Assembly (NCBI GenBank): GCA_964420625.1 | Contig: CAYQUB010000001.1 | Location: forward strand, 1-36,813 | Length of the DNA: 36,813 nt | DNA from: an uncultured Bacteroidales bacterium | GTDB taxonomy: Bacteria; Bacillota_I; Bacilli_A; ML615J-28; CAG-698 | Direction: 5' to 3' | Part shown: piece after piece, positions 8,638-16,972 of the stretch | How positions within the stretch are numbered: position 1 is the stretch's first letter | Layout: each line of letters begins with the position of its first letter | The notes under the pieces: model-generated | What the model was told of the DNA's origin: nothing | Seen by the model: the letters and a program-made list of their open reading frames with translations, nothing else | Databases searched by the model: none | Translations under genes and position numbers: made by a program

Positions 8638-9942
8638 CTAAAAATGGCACGTTTCGATCAAATGATCGTATGATTCGCGGTTGATGGCGATGTTGGCTTC
8701 TTTTTTGTTTACGAAGACCACGGCTCCCCGCACCAACCCGTTATAATTCATGGACATGGAATAGCAATAAGCCCCGGTGGAATAAACCACGACCGTATCC
8801 CCGTCCCGGGCTTCCGGGATCGGTATGTCTTTGGCGATGATGTCGCCCGATTCGCAACATTTCCCCACCACGTCATAGACCTTGGTTTCTTGGTTGACGG
8901 GATAATTGGCCCGGTTGGCGATCTCCACCGTATATTTGGCCTGATAAAGCGCCGGGCGGATGTTGTCAGCCATGCCGCCGTCAATGAACAGATAATTTTT
9001 TCCGCCCACGGTTTGTTTGGTTCCCCCGCAACGGTACAAAGTAAATCCCGAGTCGCCAACCAGACTTCGTCCCGGTTCGATCAATAACTTTTCCAGCTTG
9101 GTCGCATATTTTTTGTTCAGGATTTCGACGGTTTTGACGATCTTCCCCAATATGTATTCCAAATTGATTTCTTGATCGTCATCCAAGTACTTGATTCCAA
9201 ACCCGCCGCCCAAGTTCAAAACCCGGATGCTCACTTGATGGGCATCTTGGTATTTTTTGATGAAAGCCATCATCGTTTTGGCTTCTTTGGTAAAGAAACT
9301 CGGGTTGCTGACCTGCGAACCGATGTGCGCATGAAACCCGTCCAAAACCAGATAAGGGGAATCAGCATAGGCCTTGGCAATTTTTTCGATCATGGCTTCG
9401 TCATAGATCGATTCCCCGAATTTCGAAGACAGAAGCGCCGTTTGAATGTAAGCATGGGTATGGGCGCTGATTCCCGGATTGACCCGAAACAGAGTGTGGA
9501 CCACCGTTTTTTTGATTTCAGACAAATGCTTCAGTTTTATCAGTTCCGAATAATTGTCCACGACGATGTATTCCACTCCCAGAGAAATCCCCTGTTCCAA
9601 TTCTTCATCGGATTTGTTATTGCCGTGCAAAACGATGCGGTGCGGGTCAAACCCGCTTCTTTCGATCAGATGCAGATCGCCCGCGCTGACCGCGTCGATC
9701 CCAAAATGATGATCGTTTAAGATATGACATAAACGCGGGGCCAAAAAAGCTTTGGAGGCATAGATCACCTCGCAAGCAAAATGGGGGCTTTGGAAATAAG
9801 TCTCAAAGATCCGGATCTTTTCTAAAATCCCGATTTCGTCATAAACGTAAAGCGGGGTTTTAAAAGTCTGGGCGAGTTCGGAGAGTTTTCTTTCCCCAAC
9901 ATACAATTCGCCGTTTATATTTTGCATTGGTTTTGTTCTCAT
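8638..9942 (-). CDS. lysA: Diaminopimelate decarboxylase (PLP-dependent, alanine racemase-fold decarboxylase)
   Basis: 434 aa. Motifs are IYASKAF (PLP lysine), HGNNKS, GGGFGIKY, EPGRSLVGDSG, CESGD and GAYCYSMSMNYNG. The start ATG overlaps the dusB stop (ATGA). Confidence 0.8.
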   Translation of the reverse strand: MRTKPMQNINGELYVGERKLSELAQTFKTPLYVYDEIGILEKIRIFETYFQSPHFACEVIYASKAFLAPRLCHILNDHHFGIDAVSAGDLHLIERSGFDPHRIVLHGNNKSDEELEQGISLGVEYIVVDNYSELIKLKHLSEIKKTVVHTLFRVNPGISAHTHAYIQTALLSSKFGESIYDEAMIEKIAKAYADSPYLVLDGFHAHIGSQVSNPSFFTKEAKTMMAFIKKYQDAHQVSIRVLNLGGGFGIKYLDDDQEINLEYILGKIVKTVEILNKKYATKLEKLLIEPGRSLVGDSGFTLYRCGGTKQTVGGKNYLFIDGGMADNIRPALYQAKYTVEIANRANYPVNQETKVYDVVGKCCESGDIIAKDIPIPEARDGDTVVVYSTGAYCYSMSMNYNGLVRGAVVFVNKKEANIAINRESYDHLIETCHF

Positions 9943-10904
9943 ATTCTCGCAAGCAGCTCATCCAACAAGGACAGCAGTTCTTCCCTTCTAGAAACCAGGT
10001 TTAGTTTTTGGCGAAAATCTTTGCTGTGTTCGATCCCTTTCACATACCAAGCCGCCAGACTGCGCATTTCCAATAAAGCCATTTTCTCCGGTTTGATGCC
10101 AAGCAGCATCAAAAGATGCTTTTGGCACATCCGGATCTTTTCTTCGGGAGTCGGAGCCGGCTGGATCGCCCGGCCTTCAAAATGGTCTTTCAAATCGCGG
10201 ATGAGCCAGGGATTTCCGAAACTTCCCCGGCCGACCATGATCATGTCGGCGCCGGTGTAATCCAACATCCGCTGGGCATCGGCTACCGATCGGATGTCGC
10301 CGTTACCGATGATGGGGATCGTTACCGCGGTCTTTACGGCTTTGATGTAATCCAAGTTGACTTTTCCGGAATACATATCCGATTGCGTCCGGCCATGGAT
10401 GGTGATGAACGAGGCCCCTGCCCTTTCGGCGGCTTGGGCCACCTCCACGCAATTGATGCGGTTATGGCTTATTCCGGCCCGAATCTTGACGCTGACTGGC
10501 TTTTGAACGTTCTTCACGATTTCTTTCACCATGGCTTCGATCTTGTTCACATCGCTCAGCAGCTGGCATCCGCCTTCGGCTTTTAGGACTTTGCGAACCG
10601 GACAGCCCATGTTCAAATCTATGATGTCCGCGCTGGTTTTTTGGTCGATCATCATGGCGGCTTTCACCATCGAATCGATGTCGCCTCCGAAAATCTGGAT
10701 GGCGATCGGGTGTTCTTCCGGTTCGACCTCGGTGAGTTCCCAGGTTTTCTCATTATCATATAAAAGTCCTTTGGCGCTGATCATCTCCGAAAAGACCAAA
10801 TCGGCCCCGAATTCTTTCATGAGCATTCGGTAAGCGGGGTTGGTGTATCCGGCCAAAGGGGCCAAAGCGATTTTTCCGTTTATTTCCAGATTCTTTATTC
10901 TCAC
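9939..10904 (-). CDS. dusB: tRNA-dihydrouridine synthase B
   Basis: 321 aa. Motifs are LAPLAGYTNPAYR, DLNMGCPVRKV, IHGRT and IGNGDI. The start is GTG, preceded by GGAAGG. Confidence 0.85.
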   Translation of the reverse strand: MRIKNLEINGKIALAPLAGYTNPAYRMLMKEFGADLVFSEMISAKGLLYDNEKTWELTEVEPEEHPIAIQIFGGDIDSMVKAAMMIDQKTSADIIDLNMGCPVRKVLKAEGGCQLLSDVNKIEAMVKEIVKNVQKPVSVKIRAGISHNRINCVEVAQAAERAGASFITIHGRTQSDMYSGKVNLDYIKAVKTAVTIPIIGNGDIRSVADAQRMLDYTGADMIMVGRGSFGNPWLIRDLKDHFEGRAIQPAPTPEEKIRMCQKHLLMLLGIKPEKMALLEMRSLAAWYVKGIEHSKDFRQKLNLVSRREELLSLLDELLARI

Positions 10905-10937
10905 GGCGAACCTTCCGATCCATTTTTTGTTAGTATC

Positions 10938-10966
10938 ATTATAGCATAAAACTTAAACTTTATGAA
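10938..10966 (-). promoter_or_regulatory. Candidate promoter of the dusB-led operon
   Basis: On the minus strand: TTCATA, a 17 nt spacer, then TGcTATAAT (extended -10). Confidence 0.45.
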
Positions 10967-11065
10967 TACAAATCCACCTGAGTTTTACAGTTGTGTGGCA
11001 TAAAAAAAGTTTAATGAAAGCTTTCAGAAAATGATTACGAATACGAATCCGTAAAATCAGATTAA

Positions 11066-12069
11066 TGCCTGGTATTCGAGTACGAATGGCTTAGTACCTA
11101 TTACAGCGATGTCTTCCCAATCGACTCGTTTGATGCTTATTTGCAAGCCGTTTCGGACATCAATCTGGCAACCAATCTGCTGGTAATGCATCAAACCCAA
11201 AAAGAGTTCTTGAAGAGTATGGATCAAGGGATCTTAAGCGCTCTTAAGACAAAGTATTTGACTGAGTATACCGAGTTTTATGACCGTAACCACGCCATGG
11301 CCGCCGATGCGGACCTTCCGGAACTTGAAGCCCGGTTGGCTTGGTTCCAATCCCGCGTGAATGTGGCCGTCGAAACTTCCGCGCTTGATTAGCCATCAAG
11401 GAGTTCTATTGCTTCTGCTATAATCTGGTTTTGGATCCGGTCAAACCAGCCAAGATCAACAACGTTCGTTATTTGACCGAAAACGTAATTTGGTATTCAG
11501 AAACCGCCACCGACGCCAGCATCATGGACACGAACAATCTATTGGCAACTCATTCCGCCAACGTCAATGCCTGCATCGCCGTGGAAGACATTGAAGCGGA
11601 ATATGTAACCGCGGATTTCGCGATCTTCAGCGTTTATGTTGAAGACCCGGCCAAAATGGCGATCCGGACGGCCAAAAACGACGCTGAAGCCGAACTGTTC
11701 GATTATGTTGACTTCCTGGAACATTTCGTTCATGTCACCAATGTTGATGCCCTTTGTGAAATCTATGACGTCCGCCATGCCTTGATCGAAGCAGTCACCG
11801 CCCAGGCGGGCATCAGCCTCGCCATGAATATGGGTTTTGATGCCTTCCATGCGGCTGAACAATTGGACAGCCTTCTGGTCGAGAACTACCGGACAGCGCT
11901 GCTTCTTGACATGCAAAAGTACTGGGGCACATTGGTAAGCCCGACCGTGGAAATGGCCAACCTTCACGACATGTTCTATGACCAAATTGCCCTGGCTTTT
12001 CATCCTTTCATGATGAGCGTGATGATCAATGTTTATTACGCCGGCATGAATGGTTTGCTTGGCGAATAA
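11066..12069 (+). pseudogene. 5'-truncated, frameshifted remnant of a surface-protein gene paralogous to the helical region of the 1087-aa lipoprotein
   Basis: The two track ORFs (11141..11392 and 11431..12069) both start at TTG and have no ribosome-binding site. The first frame is open back to 11066 with no start codon or signal peptide. The second frame is open back to 11389, so a single frameshift near 11386-11392 would join them. The sequence style matches the repeat module of the downstream gene: ..YSETATDASIMDTNNLLATH.. versus ..FFATADSVIAMTAVYDEL.. and ..YIATADSLLAMQGVLDVH... The terminator hairpin resembles the one after the 1087-aa gene. Confidence 0.4.
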
Positions 12070-12091
12070 AATTCAATTATTGTTTCTTATT

Positions 12092-12118
12092 GGGACCGAA
12101 ATGTTTCGGTCTTTTTTG
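12092..12118 (+). terminator. Rho-independent terminator
   Basis: A GACCGAA-ATGT-TTCGGTC hairpin is followed by a T6 run. Confidence 0.6.
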
Positions 12119-12187
12119 TGGACCATGGCAGCCGGAAGTTCCATCACCATTACATTGGAGCCTGAAAAACCGTGAAAATTGTTTCAT

Positions 12188-12215
12188 TTGACACTACGAA
12201 CGGATATGATAAAAT
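12188..12215 (+). promoter_or_regulatory. Candidate promoter of the large lipoprotein gene
   Basis: TTGACA (12188-12193), a 16 nt spacer, then TGaTAAAAT (extended -10, hexamer at 12210-12215). A GGAGG ribosome-binding site lies ahead of the ATG at 12285. Confidence 0.5.
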
Positions 12216-12284
12216 AAGACTAAATCATACATGAGTTTTGTGACTTATGAATTATGGTTTAAGATTTAACGTACGGAGGTAAAT

Positions 12285-15200
12285 ATGAGGAAAATCTTGC
12301 TGTTTTTAACCTTTCTCTTTGCTGGTGCGTTCCTTGTAGGATGCTTTCAGCCCAAAAATGTTGTAACGTCAATCGAAGTTGTCAGTGATACCACGGAATT
12401 TGATGAAAGCTTTCAACTTGCCGACCTCAATGTAAAAGTTAACATGTCCGACGGATCCAGCAGTCTGGTTCCGTTAAGCGAGAGCATGCTGAGCACCGAA
12501 GACTTAGCCAAGTTTTCGACGGAAGGCACGCATACAATCAATGTTTCATATCTCAACATGGCGGCCGCGTTCACCATTACCATTACCGGTGAACCGGGAG
12601 CAGACGGAAGAGAAATTGAAGTTCAAGTCGCCGGCGGCTACATTCAATGGCGATATGAAGGCGATGCCGCCTGGACCAATTTGATTGCTTTGTCCGCCCT
12701 GATGGGACCGGCCGGGACCAATGGGACCAACGGAACAAATGGCACGAACGGAACTAACGGCCGAGAGGTTGCATTTCGGATCGATTCCGGATTCATCCAA
12801 TGGCAATATGTTGGCGATGCGAACTGGATTAATCTATTGGCCTTGACCGTCATCACCGGCCCGGCCGGAACTAATGGGACTAACGGAACGAACGGAACGG
12901 ATGGGATCACGCCAACGATCTCCGTCAGTCAGGACGGTTATTGGGTCATCAACGGAACCGTAACCGCTTATAAAGCTTCGGGAACTTCGGAAACTCCGGC
13001 TTTTTACACCGTGACATTTGAAGTCAACGGCGGCGTCTTGCCACAAGGCGTTCTCGCGGTCTTGGCGGATGTTCCGGAATGCACGACTATCGCTTTGCCT
13101 ATTCCAACCAAAGACGGTTATGTTTTCAATGGCTGGTGGACGGGAGAAACCGCCAATGACGGACAGTTCACCAACTCCACGCCGGTCACCAAGAATGTCA
13201 CGCTCTATGCGCGTTGGATCCTTGATACCGCTCCGATCCGGGAATTGATGAACGTCACCCGATCGATGAACTATACCGCTCAGATGAATGTTACGGTCGA
13301 CTTCACGATGGGTTTGCAGACCGGAAGTTTCGAGATGCTCTCCGATTTCCAAATCAATAAAACCGACGGGATCATCTTCACTTACAATGTTGATTCCGAA
13401 AAGTCTTTCCAAAACGGAGTCGAAGATCCGGATCAAGCCACTTATGAAGAACGGCACACCGTTTACCGTTCTGGCCAGATCTTCACCATGTGGCGAAGTG
13501 ATCCATTAGGATCCTGGCAAGTCGACCTATGGGAAGGCAATTACGAGAATGATGATTTCTCCTTTGCTTTCATGGATGTTTCCAAGTTCACCAAACGCGA
13601 AGGTCTCGACATTTACGATTATCCGCTAGAACAAGAAATGATCGACCGGATGGTCCAAGGCATGGAGTTTGGAAACGCCATGGTGATCGGAGAAGTTCAG
13701 TGCTATTTGGAACTGGCCCTGAAGAAGATCACCATCGTCCTGAACATTTCCGGAACCACTCCGGATGATCAGCCGGCTACCGGCGTCGTCACGATGTCCA
13801 TGGCTCTTTCCAACATCGGAACGACCACCGCCGAAATGCCTTTGGCCGATGTCATCGCCGGGGGAGTCGCCCGGGTTGACGAAATGGTAACGGAGATTCC
13901 TCAAGTCAATTTCGCAGCCACCGATTCTTTGAGGGATTTTAACGAACTCGTCGCCGAAGCAAAAGCGGCCATTAATGCCGCCACCAACGTTTTCGATGCC
14001 ATCGGGATTTCTGCTTCTTACTTGAATGAATTGCAAAATTTCAGGTTTGACATCGATTGGCTGAAGCAAGCCAAATATGACGCTCTGCAAGAAATGGAAT
14101 ATTTTTTGGAAGAACAAAGCTTTTTTGCGACTGCTGACAGCGTCATCGCGATGACTGCCGTTTACGATGAATTGAAAATCTTCATCGAAACCGCGATCAG
14201 CGGTGAAGAGATCTCCTTAATTAAAGATGAATTCTACAATCGGATCGACTTGGCCTTTGACTCCGATGAAACCAAGGTGGCTTTGTTGGGGGCTCAGGAC
14301 CGTGCCGTCGACTTTTTGAGATACTATTTCATCTACCTGCAGCCTTACTTCCTGAACTCGAATGACCTGTATTCGTTCTGGGGCGTGTTTGATACTTACG
14401 AGCAATTGATCAGAACCACAACCGCCATCGAGCAAGTTGATCCAATCTTCCAGGCGGGCATTGCTGCTTACACGGCTTTGGGCTTGAGTTTCGCGGATAC
14501 CGCTCCGCTAAGGGAACAATTCCTTCGCGATCTGGAAGATCTGCATGACATGGCATTAGAGATGTTCGGAGCCGTTGAGGCCGTTGATGCTGCTTACCTG
14601 GCTTACATCGCGAACATCAATGCGGCTACCGACCCGATTCTCATGGTCTCGGTTTTCGGAAACGGATATTGGGATATGCGCGGTTTGATGACTTCGGCTT
14701 CGACCGCGGCCGCGCTTCTTAAATTGGCCGAGATCCGCGATGAATACGCTGCCCTCGTTTTGGTCAGCTCGATTCCGCTTCTTAATGAGTTATTCGATAA
14801 CTACACCGTCATAATCAATGCTTGCCATGATTTCTGGGAGCCGATGGGTTATCTCGGTCAATTCCAGAATGATTGCAACCTTTATCTGACCTTCGACCCG
14901 TTAAAGCTGCAGATCGCCGACTGTGTCAGAGAATTAGAATTTACGTTCAATAACAATTCCTACATTGCCACCGCGGATAGCCTTCTGGCCATGCAGGGCG
15001 TTTTGGATGTTCACATCCCAATCGTTCAGGGCAGCACGACTGATGTAGAATTAACCAATAATTTTACGGCCGCCTTAATGGCTTTGGATGATGCCTTTGT
15101 GCCTGATCCAACAAAAATTGAATTGATCAACAGCATTCAGGGAGCCATTAACCAAATTAGGGTTCATGCTGACTTCTTATATGACTTCATTAATCCGGAA

Positions 15201-15548
15201 GTCATGAATCAGATCGAAGCCATCTCCGAAGAAGCCGTCAGCCAATTGCGTTCGGCCGATACCCTGGCGGAAGTAGTCTTGATTTATGACACTTGGTACG
15301 CCAACCTTCAGACTTTGGACCTGACTCCGAGCGCTTACGCTTTAAGACAATGCAAATTGGAAATGCTTAATGAACTGGAGTTCTTGCATGAATTCATCCT
15401 TGCCAACATCGATCCGCTTCCGGTCGATTTCGAACTTCATTATGAAGCTTATGTAACCGGCATTGAAAATGTAACCGGCATTCTGGAATTCCATGACATC
15501 ATCGAGGCCTTCCGGGAAGAATTTAACGGGTATTATTTGGGCGCTTAG
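12285..15548 (+). CDS. Large surface lipoprotein with an Ig-like domain, two collagen-like GTN repeat units, a Listeria-Bacteroides repeat and a long acidic helical repeat region
   Basis: The signal peptide has a lipobox (MRKILLFLTFLFAGAFLVGC). An Ig-like segment follows (VTSIEVVSD...THTINVSYLNMAAAFTITI). Then comes a duplicated unit IQW(R/Q)Y.GDA.W.NL.AL...GPAGTNGTNGTNG... A Flg_new-type repeat is present (YTVTFEVNGG...KDGYVFNGWWTGE...VTLYARW). A C-terminal region of about 550 aa holds two copies of a roughly 280-aa module marked by ATADS(V/L)(I/L)AM. Confidence 0.8.
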   Translation: MRKILLFLTFLFAGAFLVGCFQPKNVVTSIEVVSDTTEFDESFQLADLNVKVNMSDGSSSLVPLSESMLSTEDLAKFSTEGTHTINVSYLNMAAAFTITITGEPGADGREIEVQVAGGYIQWRYEGDAAWTNLIALSALMGPAGTNGTNGTNGTNGTNGREVAFRIDSGFIQWQYVGDANWINLLALTVITGPAGTNGTNGTNGTDGITPTISVSQDGYWVINGTVTAYKASGTSETPAFYTVTFEVNGGVLPQGVLAVLADVPECTTIALPIPTKDGYVFNGWWTGETANDGQFTNSTPVTKNVTLYARWILDTAPIRELMNVTRSMNYTAQMNVTVDFTMGLQTGSFEMLSDFQINKTDGIIFTYNVDSEKSFQNGVEDPDQATYEERHTVYRSGQIFTMWRSDPLGSWQVDLWEGNYENDDFSFAFMDVSKFTKREGLDIYDYPLEQEMIDRMVQGMEFGNAMVIGEVQCYLELALKKITIVLNISGTTPDDQPATGVVTMSMALSNIGTTTAEMPLADVIAGGVARVDEMVTEIPQVNFAATDSLRDFNELVAEAKAAINAATNVFDAIGISASYLNELQNFRFDIDWLKQAKYDALQEMEYFLEEQSFFATADSVIAMTAVYDELKIFIETAISGEEISLIKDEFYNRIDLAFDSDETKVALLGAQDRAVDFLRYYFIYLQPYFLNSNDLYSFWGVFDTYEQLIRTTTAIEQVDPIFQAGIAAYTALGLSFADTAPLREQFLRDLEDLHDMALEMFGAVEAVDAAYLAYIANINAATDPILMVSVFGNGYWDMRGLMTSASTAAALLKLAEIRDEYAALVLVSSIPLLNELFDNYTVIINACHDFWEPMGYLGQFQNDCNLYLTFDPLKLQIADCVRELEFTFNNNSYIATADSLLAMQGVLDVHIPIVQGSTTDVELTNNFTAALMALDDAFVPDPTKIELINSIQGAINQIRVHADFLYDFINPEVMNQIEAISEEAVSQLRSADTLAEVVLIYDTWYANLQTLDLTPSAYALRQCKLEMLNELEFLHEFILANIDPLPVDFELHYEAYVTGIENVTGILEFHDIIEAFREEFNGYYLGA
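12705..12905 (+). repeat. Coding tandem repeats: two runs of 9-bp GGN-ACN-AAY (Gly-Thr-Asn) collagen-like triplets within a duplicated unit of about 150 bp
   Basis: Run 1 (12705-12761) encodes GPAGTNGTNGTNGTNGTNG. Run 2 (12858-12905) encodes GPAGTNGTNGTNGTDG. The stretches before each run are also similar to each other (IQWRYEGDAAWTNLIALS / IQWQYVGDANWINLLALT). Confidence 0.8.
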
Positions 15549-15646
15549 CACTAAAAGAAGCTCTTTTTATTAATCAATTTACCTGTTAAAGAATTCGTGG
15601 TCACCACTAATTCTTTAACATAATCTTTAATATTTCAGAATTATAA

Positions 15647-15675
15647 GGGACCGGAATGCTCCGGTCTCTTTTTTG
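15647..15675 (+). terminator. Rho-independent terminator of the lipoprotein gene
   Basis: A GGGACCGG-AATGCT-CCGGTCTC hairpin is followed by a T6 run. It is similar in sequence to the hairpin at 12092-12118. Confidence 0.6.
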
Positions 15676-15701
15676 ACAATTTCCCATCTTTATTGTATAA
15701 T
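15673..15701 (+). promoter_or_regulatory. Consensus sigma-A promoter for panE
   Basis: TTGACA (15673-15678), exactly 17 nt of spacer, then TATAAT (15696-15701). Confidence 0.6.
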
Positions 15702-15731
15702 AACGTTTAGACTATGAAAGGACCGAAGAAC

Positions 15732-16757
15732 ATGAACAAAAGCTTGAGAATCTTAATGATCGGCGCCGGCGCGATCGGCGGCAACACCGCCGGACTGATC
15801 GCCAAAGCGGGAAACGACATTACGGTAGTGACTCGTCACGAAGATACCGCCGAATTAATAAGAAAAACCGGAATCAAGATTTCCGGCGTATTGGGGAATT
15901 TCACCATCCCGATGAAAGCTGTGGCCCGGGTCTCCGACCTCACCGGTCTTTTTGATGTAGTCTTCGTAGCCACCAAAGCTTATGACATGCCGGGAGTAAC
16001 CAAAAAGGTCCTGCCTTTGCTTCATGAAAAATCCTTGGTCGTTTCCATGCAAAACGGGATCTGCACCGATGAAATGGCCGCCATCGTCGGCGAACAACGC
16101 ACCGTCGGCTGCGTCATCGGTTTCGGGGCGACCATGGTCGAACGCGGAAAACTGATCATCACCAGCAACGGCGAATTCATCATCGGCAGCATCGCGAAAA
16201 CCAATCAGCCCAACTTAAAACCGCTTCAGGAAATATTGAACAGCGTTTTTCCGACCGTCATTTCCGAGGACATTTATTCGGAACTTTATTCCAAACTGAT
16301 CATCAACTCCTGCATTACTTCCCTCGGAGCCATCTGCGGGCTGAAACTGGGGGCCATGCTTAAGATCAAAACCGCCCGAAACATTTTCATGATGATCATC
16401 AAAGAAGCCATGAATGTGGCCAAATGCCTAAAACTGCATGTTCCTCCTTATGGAGGCAAGCTGGATTATTATACGCTGATCCAAGACAAGACCTGGTGGT
16501 CCCGCTTCAAAGCGCAGCTGACCATCACCATTGTTGGGAAGAAATACAAAAACCTTAAATCATCATCTTTGCAATCTTTGGAGCGAGGCCAACGGACCGA
16601 GATCGACTACTTCAACGGTTACATCGTTAAAAAAGCCCAGGAGGTCGGGATCGAGGCCCCGATCAATTCCCGGCTCGTGGAAATGGTCAAGCAGATCGAA
16701 CAGAAGAAACTGGACATCAAAGTCGAAAACCTGAGTCTGGTCGTTGCCAAAGATTAA
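15732..16757 (+). CDS. panE: 2-dehydropantoate 2-reductase (ketopantoate reductase, ApbA/PanE family)
   Basis: An N-terminal Rossmann motif is present (ILMIGAGAIGGNTAG), and the length and C-terminal helical domain are typical of ApbA/PanE. The track ORF starts at 15714. That ATG lies only about 6-12 nt after the predicted -10 and has no ribosome-binding site. I therefore prefer the ATG at 15732 (MNKSLRIL), which has AAAGGA 9 nt upstream. The start is uncertain. Confidence 0.7.
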   Translation: MNKSLRILMIGAGAIGGNTAGLIAKAGNDITVVTRHEDTAELIRKTGIKISGVLGNFTIPMKAVARVSDLTGLFDVVFVATKAYDMPGVTKKVLPLLHEKSLVVSMQNGICTDEMAAIVGEQRTVGCVIGFGATMVERGKLIITSNGEFIIGSIAKTNQPNLKPLQEILNSVFPTVISEDIYSELYSKLIINSCITSLGAICGLKLGAMLKIKTARNIFMMIIKEAMNVAKCLKLHVPPYGGKLDYYTLIQDKTWWSRFKAQLTITIVGKKYKNLKSSSLQSLERGQRTEIDYFNGYIVKKAQEVGIEAPINSRLVEMVKQIEQKKLDIKVENLSLVVAKD

Positions 16758-16797
16758 AGCCAACAAAAAGGCGGAAACTCCGCCTCAGACTGATGAC

Positions 16798-16833
16798 AAA
16801 CCCCATTTCCAAAGATGGGGTTTGTTTGTTTTT
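16798..16833 (+). terminator. Rho-independent terminator after panE
   Basis: An AAACCCCAT-loop-ATGGGGTTT hairpin is followed by a T-rich run. A smaller GGCGGAAACTCCGCC hairpin lies just upstream, at about 16770-16784. Confidence 0.6.
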
Positions 16834-16920
16834 CACAATCACCCCAAAACGGACATGAAATTCCGATTTTATGTCTTTAAAAGCTAAATATTTAGGGTTT
16901 TTGTCCCATTTTATAACCAG

Positions 16921-16952
16921 ATAAAAATGAGCGTTGACTTTGTCAACGCTCG
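16921..16952 (-). terminator. Rho-independent terminator of the ABC exporter operon
   Basis: On the minus strand, a GAGCGTTGAC-AAA-GTCAACGCTC hairpin is followed by ATTTTTAT. A GGCGGATTTTTCCGCC hairpin lies immediately after the stop codon and precedes it. Confidence 0.55.
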
Positions 16953-16972
16953 GAGGCGGAAAAATCCGCCTT

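Noticed and set aside
12705-12905. Short tandem repeats as a possible CRISPR or non-coding satellite
   Set aside because: They are in-frame 9-bp Gly-Thr-Asn triplet repeats inside a continuous 1087-codon ORF. There is no spacer-repeat architecture.
12834-13457. 207-aa minus-strand ORF, plus the smaller ORFs at 12546-12910 antisense to the collagen-like repeats
   Set aside because: They are shadows of the large lipoprotein gene. The repeats keep several frames open on both strands.
16769-16972. Two similar GGCGGAAA(n)TCCGCC hairpins flanking the panE/ABC intergenic region, as a possible REP-like mobile repeat
   Set aside because: There are only two copies. Each sits directly after a stop codon of convergent genes and next to a second hairpin with a T-run. 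Ordinary tandem terminators explain them well enough.
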